This document shows positions 30,259 through 34,124 of a stretch of DNA of 34,124 bases, one piece after another (within the stretch, counting starts at the first letter, position 1; every line of letters starts with the position of its first letter). The position numbers and the translations under genes were made by a program. Source of the DNA: an uncultured Lachnospiraceae bacterium (lineage in GTDB: Bacteria; Bacillota; Clostridia; Oscillospirales; CAG-272). The stretch is taken from contig CAYPKQ010000002.1 of assembly GCA_964411355.1 (NCBI GenBank), positions 1 to 34,124 of the forward strand, given 5' to 3'. Under the pieces are notes generated by a model. That model had not been told where the DNA came from. It saw only the letters and a list, made by a program, of their open reading frames with translations, and did not search any database.

Positions 30259-31671
30259 TTATATCGTTTCAACTTTAATAAGACTTGTATTACCGGTTGC
30301 GCCGTTTGTGATACCGCCGGTGATGAGAATGTTATCGCCTTCCTTTAGCGACATGGTTTTTTTCGCAATCATTTTTGCGGTGTAGAAAAGAACGTCGGTA
30401 GAGTTGAATTCCTCAGCCATCATTGGAATAACCCCCCATGAAAGAGCCAGCTTACGCCATGTTATCTCATTTGTGGTAAGTCCTATGATGTCAACCGGCG
30501 AGCGGAATCTGGATACCATTCTTGCGGTAATTCCCGTTATCGAGCAAACAACGATCGCCTTTGCTCCGAGATCGATGGACATTCCGCAAGCGGCATGAGA
30601 TAATGCATCGACCGTATTCTTTATTTTGAACTCGCTTGTAAGGAATCTCTTTTCATAATGAATTGATTTTTCTGTTCTCTCGGCAATTTTTGACATAGTC
30701 TCTACCGTCAGAACAGGATATTTACCCGCCGCAGTTTCGCCCGAGAGCATAATTGCGCTTGTGCCGTCATAAACCGCATTTGCAACGTCGCTTATTTCCG
30801 CTCTTGTGGGGCGGGGATTGTTTATCATGCTTTCCAGCATTTCGGTTGCTGTAATAACTCGCTTTCCAAGCATACGGCAGGTGGTTATCAGATGCTTCTG
30901 AATGGTCGGAAGCTCTTCAAAGGGGATCTCAACACCCATATCTCCTCTGCCGATCATGATTCCGTCGCATTCGCGGCAAATTTCCTCAATATTGTCGATG
31001 CCCGCCTGGTTTTCGATTTTTGCGATGATATCAGCTTGGGAGCCGCCGCTCTCTTTTATATAATTCTTGACATCGATAAGATCCTGCGCACAGGAAACGA
31101 AGGAGCAGGCGATAAAATCAACTCCGTTTTTAATGCCGAATGCGATATCGGCTTTATCATGCTCGCTAAGGTACACTTGCTTAAGGACTTTATTAGGAAA
31201 TGCCATGCTCTTTCTGTTTGAAAGCTCGCCGCCGATTAGAACTTTGCATTTTGCTTCATTTTCCGAAAGCTCCTCAACCTCAAAATGAACGAGACCGTTA
31301 TTGAGAAGTATTTTGTCGCCTATGCTGAGATCTGCTATCATGCCCTTATAGCTGACAGAGACCTTCTCGCTGTTTCCAATAATGTCCTCTGTGGTAAAGG
31401 TAAAGCTGTCGCCGTCGTTCAGCATGATCTTGCCATCCTCAAAGGTGCCGATTCGGTATTCGGGTCCCTTTGTGTCGAGAAGAATAGCAATGGGAAGCCC
31501 CAGCTTTTCTCTGACCTTTTTAATTATATCTATCTTTTTCTGATGATCCTCGTGCTCTCCGTGTGAAAAATTGAGACGGGCAACGTTCATGCCCGCAAGG
31601 CACATCTCTTCAATGGTTTTTTCGTTTTCGCATGCAGGACCTATTGTGCATACGATCTTGGTTTTTCTCAT
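30259..31671 (-). CDS. pyk: Pyruvate kinase
   Basis: 470 aa with MRKTKIVCTIGPA, NVARLNFSHG, MIGRGDMGVEIP and MLESM..NPRPTRAE.SDVANAV.DG. Confidence 0.95.
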   Translation of the reverse strand: MRKTKIVCTIGPACENEKTIEEMCLAGMNVARLNFSHGEHEDHQKKIDIIKKVREKLGLPIAILLDTKGPEYRIGTFEDGKIMLNDGDSFTFTTEDIIGNSEKVSVSYKGMIADLSIGDKILLNNGLVHFEVEELSENEAKCKVLIGGELSNRKSMAFPNKVLKQVYLSEHDKADIAFGIKNGVDFIACSFVSCAQDLIDVKNYIKESGGSQADIIAKIENQAGIDNIEEICRECDGIMIGRGDMGVEIPFEELPTIQKHLITTCRMLGKRVITATEMLESMINNPRPTRAEISDVANAVYDGTSAIMLSGETAAGKYPVLTVETMSKIAERTEKSIHYEKRFLTSEFKIKNTVDALSHAACGMSIDLGAKAIVVCSITGITARMVSRFRSPVDIIGLTTNEITWRKLALSWGVIPMMAEEFNSTDVLFYTAKMIAKKTMSLKEGDNILITGGITNGATGNTSLIKVETI

Positions 31672-31785
31672 TTGATCTTGACCTCCGATGTAAAAAACAA
31701 ATTCTCACATATACTATTATACTCGTAATGTTTTCAATGTCAAGTATGTAAATATTTTTTACAATTTATACATATTCTGCCTTCC

Positions 31786-31814
31786 TTGACATTGGCAGTA
31801 CTTTGTGATACAAT
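31786..31814 (+). promoter_or_regulatory. Sigma-A promoter with extended -10 for the padR operon
   Basis: TTGACA (31786-31791), a 17-nt spacer ending in TGa, then TACAAT (31809-31814). Confidence 0.65.
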
Positions 31815-31842
31815 ATAGGCAACTAAAATTTTGGAGCGGGAA

Positions 31843-32181
31843 ATGGAATTCGATAAATCACAGCTTATGCGCGGCACTCTTGAAGGATGCATCCTTAAGG
31901 TTATATCAAGAAAGACAACATACGGATATGAGATACTTGAATATCTGAAAAAGCACGGCTTTTCGGATATTGCCGAGGGAACTTTATATCCGCTTCTTCT
32001 GCGCCTAGAAAAGCAGGGTAATATCCATAGCTCTCTTTTGCCTTCGCCTTTCGGCCCGCGCCGCAAATATTTCAGCATAACCGAAAAGGGGAGAGAATAT
32101 CTCAGTGGATTTGAGCTTTGCTGGGGTGCACTTGCGGAAAATGTTGGAAAAATTATTGAGGGAGGAGAAGAGGACAGATGA
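31843..32181 (+). CDS. padR: PadR-family transcriptional regulator
   Basis: The start is the ATG at 31843 (GGAGCGGG RBS). It has LEGCILKVISRKTTYGYEILEYL...GTLYPLLLRLEKQGNI. Confidence 0.88.
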   Translation: MEFDKSQLMRGTLEGCILKVISRKTTYGYEILEYLKKHGFSDIAEGTLYPLLLRLEKQGNIHSSLLPSPFGPRRKYFSITEKGREYLSGFELCWGALAENVGKIIEGGEEDR

Positions 32182-32852
32182 ATAAGGAATACTGTGCGCT
32201 GCTCAAAAAGCTTTCAAAGGATAACAAAAGAACCATCGAAAAAATGCGTCATTATCTTGAGACCTGCTATATAAACGAGGTGGTTTTTGAGGATATGATG
32301 TGCGATCTTGCGGGAATGGCTCTCGAATGTGAGGAGCGGGGCGAAAGATTTGAGGACTCCATCGGCATGGACTATAAAACCTTTTGCCGTTCTCTTGCTG
32401 AAAATGCGAAAAAACAGACCTTTGCGGAGCGATTTTTTGATGTTCTTCGTTGGATAATATATTTTGACGGTATTATTATTCCACTTTTGTACATTCTTTA
32501 TTCGATTTTCGGCTTCACAAAGCCGAGCCTTGACGGACTTGTTCTGAGGGCGCCTGCGGGGCAGCTGCTTATGTATTTTTCTGTTGCCACATTTACCGTT
32601 CTCGGATATTTTATTGCCAAGAGATTTACCTATCATGCCCAGACTTTGGTTATATCAAGCTATCTTGCGGCGGTCATACTCGTCTTTCTTTTAACTGATT
32701 TTCTCGGTGATTTTTTCTTCAGTGAAAAAACGATATCGGTGAGTATAATCTCATGGGGCATAATTATATGCGTGTTGCTTCTGATCTGCTGCCTTGCAAG
32801 AAGGCTTATCGCAACAAATATTGCCTATAAAGCAAAAAATCGCCATCAATAA
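32178..32852 (+). CDS. PadR-associated membrane protein (DUF1700/HAAS-like soluble N-domain plus 4 TM helices)
   Basis: 224 aa with an ATGA overlap with padR. An N-terminal helical soluble region is followed by hydrophobic segments. The family call is tentative. Confidence 0.55.
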   Translation: MNKEYCALLKKLSKDNKRTIEKMRHYLETCYINEVVFEDMMCDLAGMALECEERGERFEDSIGMDYKTFCRSLAENAKKQTFAERFFDVLRWIIYFDGIIIPLLYILYSIFGFTKPSLDGLVLRAPAGQLLMYFSVATFTVLGYFIAKRFTYHAQTLVISSYLAAVILVFLLTDFLGDFFFSEKTISVSIISWGIIICVLLLICCLARRLIATNIAYKAKNRHQ

Positions 32853-32892
32853 AAAAAGACTGCCTCATTTTTTTATGAAGCAGTCTCTTTTT

Positions 32893-33960
32893 TCATCTGT
32901 CTATTATAATTTCTCTTGTGACATTGTGCTCTTCATCGGTAAAGCGGCAGATTATCTTATCCTTCATAAGAGTTATTGCCGAGCCGCCGAGGGAGCTGCC
33001 GCTCTTTTTTGAGGCAACTATGAGGGGATATTTATGCTCAAATTTTTCCTCGTGCTCACCGGGGCAGAGTGAATAGGAATGCATATGACCGCAGATAAGG
33101 CAATCAATGCCTATTCTGTCAAGCTCTTTCGACCATGCATGATAAAGCTCTGTGTCGATATTAAAAATGTCATCTTTGAACTTATAGCTGAAAGGAATAT
33201 GGCAGAAGGCGAGACGGTATTTTTCTTTTTCGAGGGAAGCTGTGCCTTTAAGGAAATCAAGCTCATCGCGGCGGTATTGTTCAAAATAGTTGACTCCGCC
33301 GTATTCGTCACAGCCGTCAAGCTTATCCTCTCCGCAATCCAAAATTATTCCCGAGATCGGACCTATGCTGTATGTAAAATAGGTCCTTCCTTCGTCTGTT
33401 GAAATATAGTCGGTGATAAGCTCGGACATATTTCCTCTGGCATCGTGGTTTCCTCTGCCGATTATAACGGGAATAGTGCCGCCCGTGAGCCTTGCAATAA
33501 AGGCGTTCAACTCTTCAATGGAGTCTCTTGAATTTGATTCGCCGTAATCACCGTTTACAACGAGAATATCAAGGTCATCACCGAAAAATGTACAGCATTT
33601 TTCGGCAGATTCATAGCATGAATGGATATCCGCAGTATAATAAAGGTTGATATTTTTGTCCTTTTTCAGCGCTTTGAATTTGAAGGTCTGTTTTTCAGCC
33701 TCATCCATTTTTGTCCAATAATCTTTTTTTGAGGAGCAGGGGTGGAAATGGACGGTGTATTCTTCTGCCTCATCGAGCACGCTTTGAGGGACAGTTATCT
33801 TATGAACGGGGGTGTGGATCTTAAAAATTCCCGAGCCGTTTTCCCTATATTGCTTACCGTCAACGGTGATATAGCATTTGCCTTCGCATTTGCACACGAT
33901 AACAATATCATAATTATTACGAACTACAAAAACATTTGGTGCGAATTTCAAATTTTTCAT
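32893..33960 (-). CDS. Calcineurin-like metallophosphoesterase
   Basis: The start is the ATG at 33960 (GAGGTAAAAAAATG). It has the motifs YYTADIHS, VVNGDYGE, GRGNHD and CGHMHSY. Confidence 0.8.
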   Translation of the reverse strand: MKNLKFAPNVFVVRNNYDIVIVCKCEGKCYITVDGKQYRENGSGIFKIHTPVHKITVPQSVLDEAEEYTVHFHPCSSKKDYWTKMDEAEKQTFKFKALKKDKNINLYYTADIHSCYESAEKCCTFFGDDLDILVVNGDYGESNSRDSIEELNAFIARLTGGTIPVIIGRGNHDARGNMSELITDYISTDEGRTYFTYSIGPISGIILDCGEDKLDGCDEYGGVNYFEQYRRDELDFLKGTASLEKEKYRLAFCHIPFSYKFKDDIFNIDTELYHAWSKELDRIGIDCLICGHMHSYSLCPGEHEEKFEHKYPLIVASKKSGSSLGGSAITLMKDKIICRFTDEEHNVTREIIIDR

Positions 33961-34021
33961 TTTTTTACCTCGAAAAGAATTATTCACATAATTATAACAC
34001 GGAACGATAAAAAAAGCAATG

Positions 34022-34124
34022 TTATTTTGTGCGAATGACATCGCAAAGTGCTTTTATACCTTCTTTTAGCGTAAGATCCTTTTTGAACACACTTGAAGTT
34101 CCCGCAACGAAGATATTTGCGCCC
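34022..34124 (-). CDS. rpe: 3' end of the ribulose-phosphate 3-epimerase gene (partial, runs off the window)
   Basis: The minus-strand translation is GANIFVAGTSSVFKKDLTLKEGIKALCDVIRTK*. GAN.FVAGS.VF is the conserved Rpe C-terminal block. Confidence 0.65.
   Translation of the reverse strand, partial: GANIFVAGTSSVFKKDLTLKEGIKALCDVIRTK

Noticed and set aside
31740-32078. 112-aa minus-strand ORF overlapping the padR promoter and gene.
   Set aside because: It lies opposite a clear PadR gene and its consensus promoter. It has no RBS and a Arg/Ser/Cys-rich composition.
1-34124. Possible CRISPR array, suggested by the recurring GC-rich hairpins and the 12-mer repeat.
   Set aside because: The repeats are dispersed over 30 kb with irregular spacing, occur in both orientations and have different internal content. 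There is no repeat-spacer periodicity and no cas genes.

Overview
This window looks like a chromosomal segment from a low-GC Gram-positive anaerobe, probably Clostridia. That call is an inference from AGGAGG-type RBSs, an SLH-domain protein, HPr, a yajC plus YrzE-like pair, and tightly packed or overlapping operons. I saw no rRNA, tRNA or CRISPR array.

The left third (154-9869) is one same-strand bacterial microcompartment (BMC, metabolosome) operon. In gene order it encodes:
- a class II aldolase
- a DUF336/GlcG-like protein
- a Zn-dependent MDR alcohol dehydrogenase
- five BMC-H shell genes (three near-identical, two divergent)
- one BMC-P
- a PduS-like Fe-S flavoprotein
- a PduT-like BMC-T
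- a DeoR regulator
- an acylating aldehyde dehydrogenase
- PduL

Five of the enzymes carry visible amphipathic encapsulation-peptide-like extensions. The operon is interrupted at 4364-4811 by a ~450 bp imperfect palindrome made of nested small hairpins. This belongs to a repeat family with AAACAGTAATTT / AAATTACTGTTT termini that recurs at 1-104, 9930-9941, 28927-29043 and 30153-30193. Family copies bracket both the BMC locus and a small XRE-regulator/SLH-protein cassette.

Downstream of the BMC operon lie:
- an orphan minus-strand transcription unit of about 490 nt (10014-10534) with a consensus promoter, an intrinsic terminator and only mini-ORFs
- a regulator with a LacI-type sensor domain and a LuxR-type HTH
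- a signal-less GH92-like glycosidase translationally coupled to a beta-lactamase-fold hydrolase
- a 130-aa protein resembling only the N-terminal peptide-recognition domain of SPASM radical-SAM maturases

The rest is housekeeping: yajC, rimM, trmD, an O-antigen-ligase-like membrane protein, ptsH, uvrC, rsmD, coaD, an M16 peptidase pair, lgt, folD, pyk, padR and an rpe fragment.

All family assignments come from motif recognition by eye, not from database searches.
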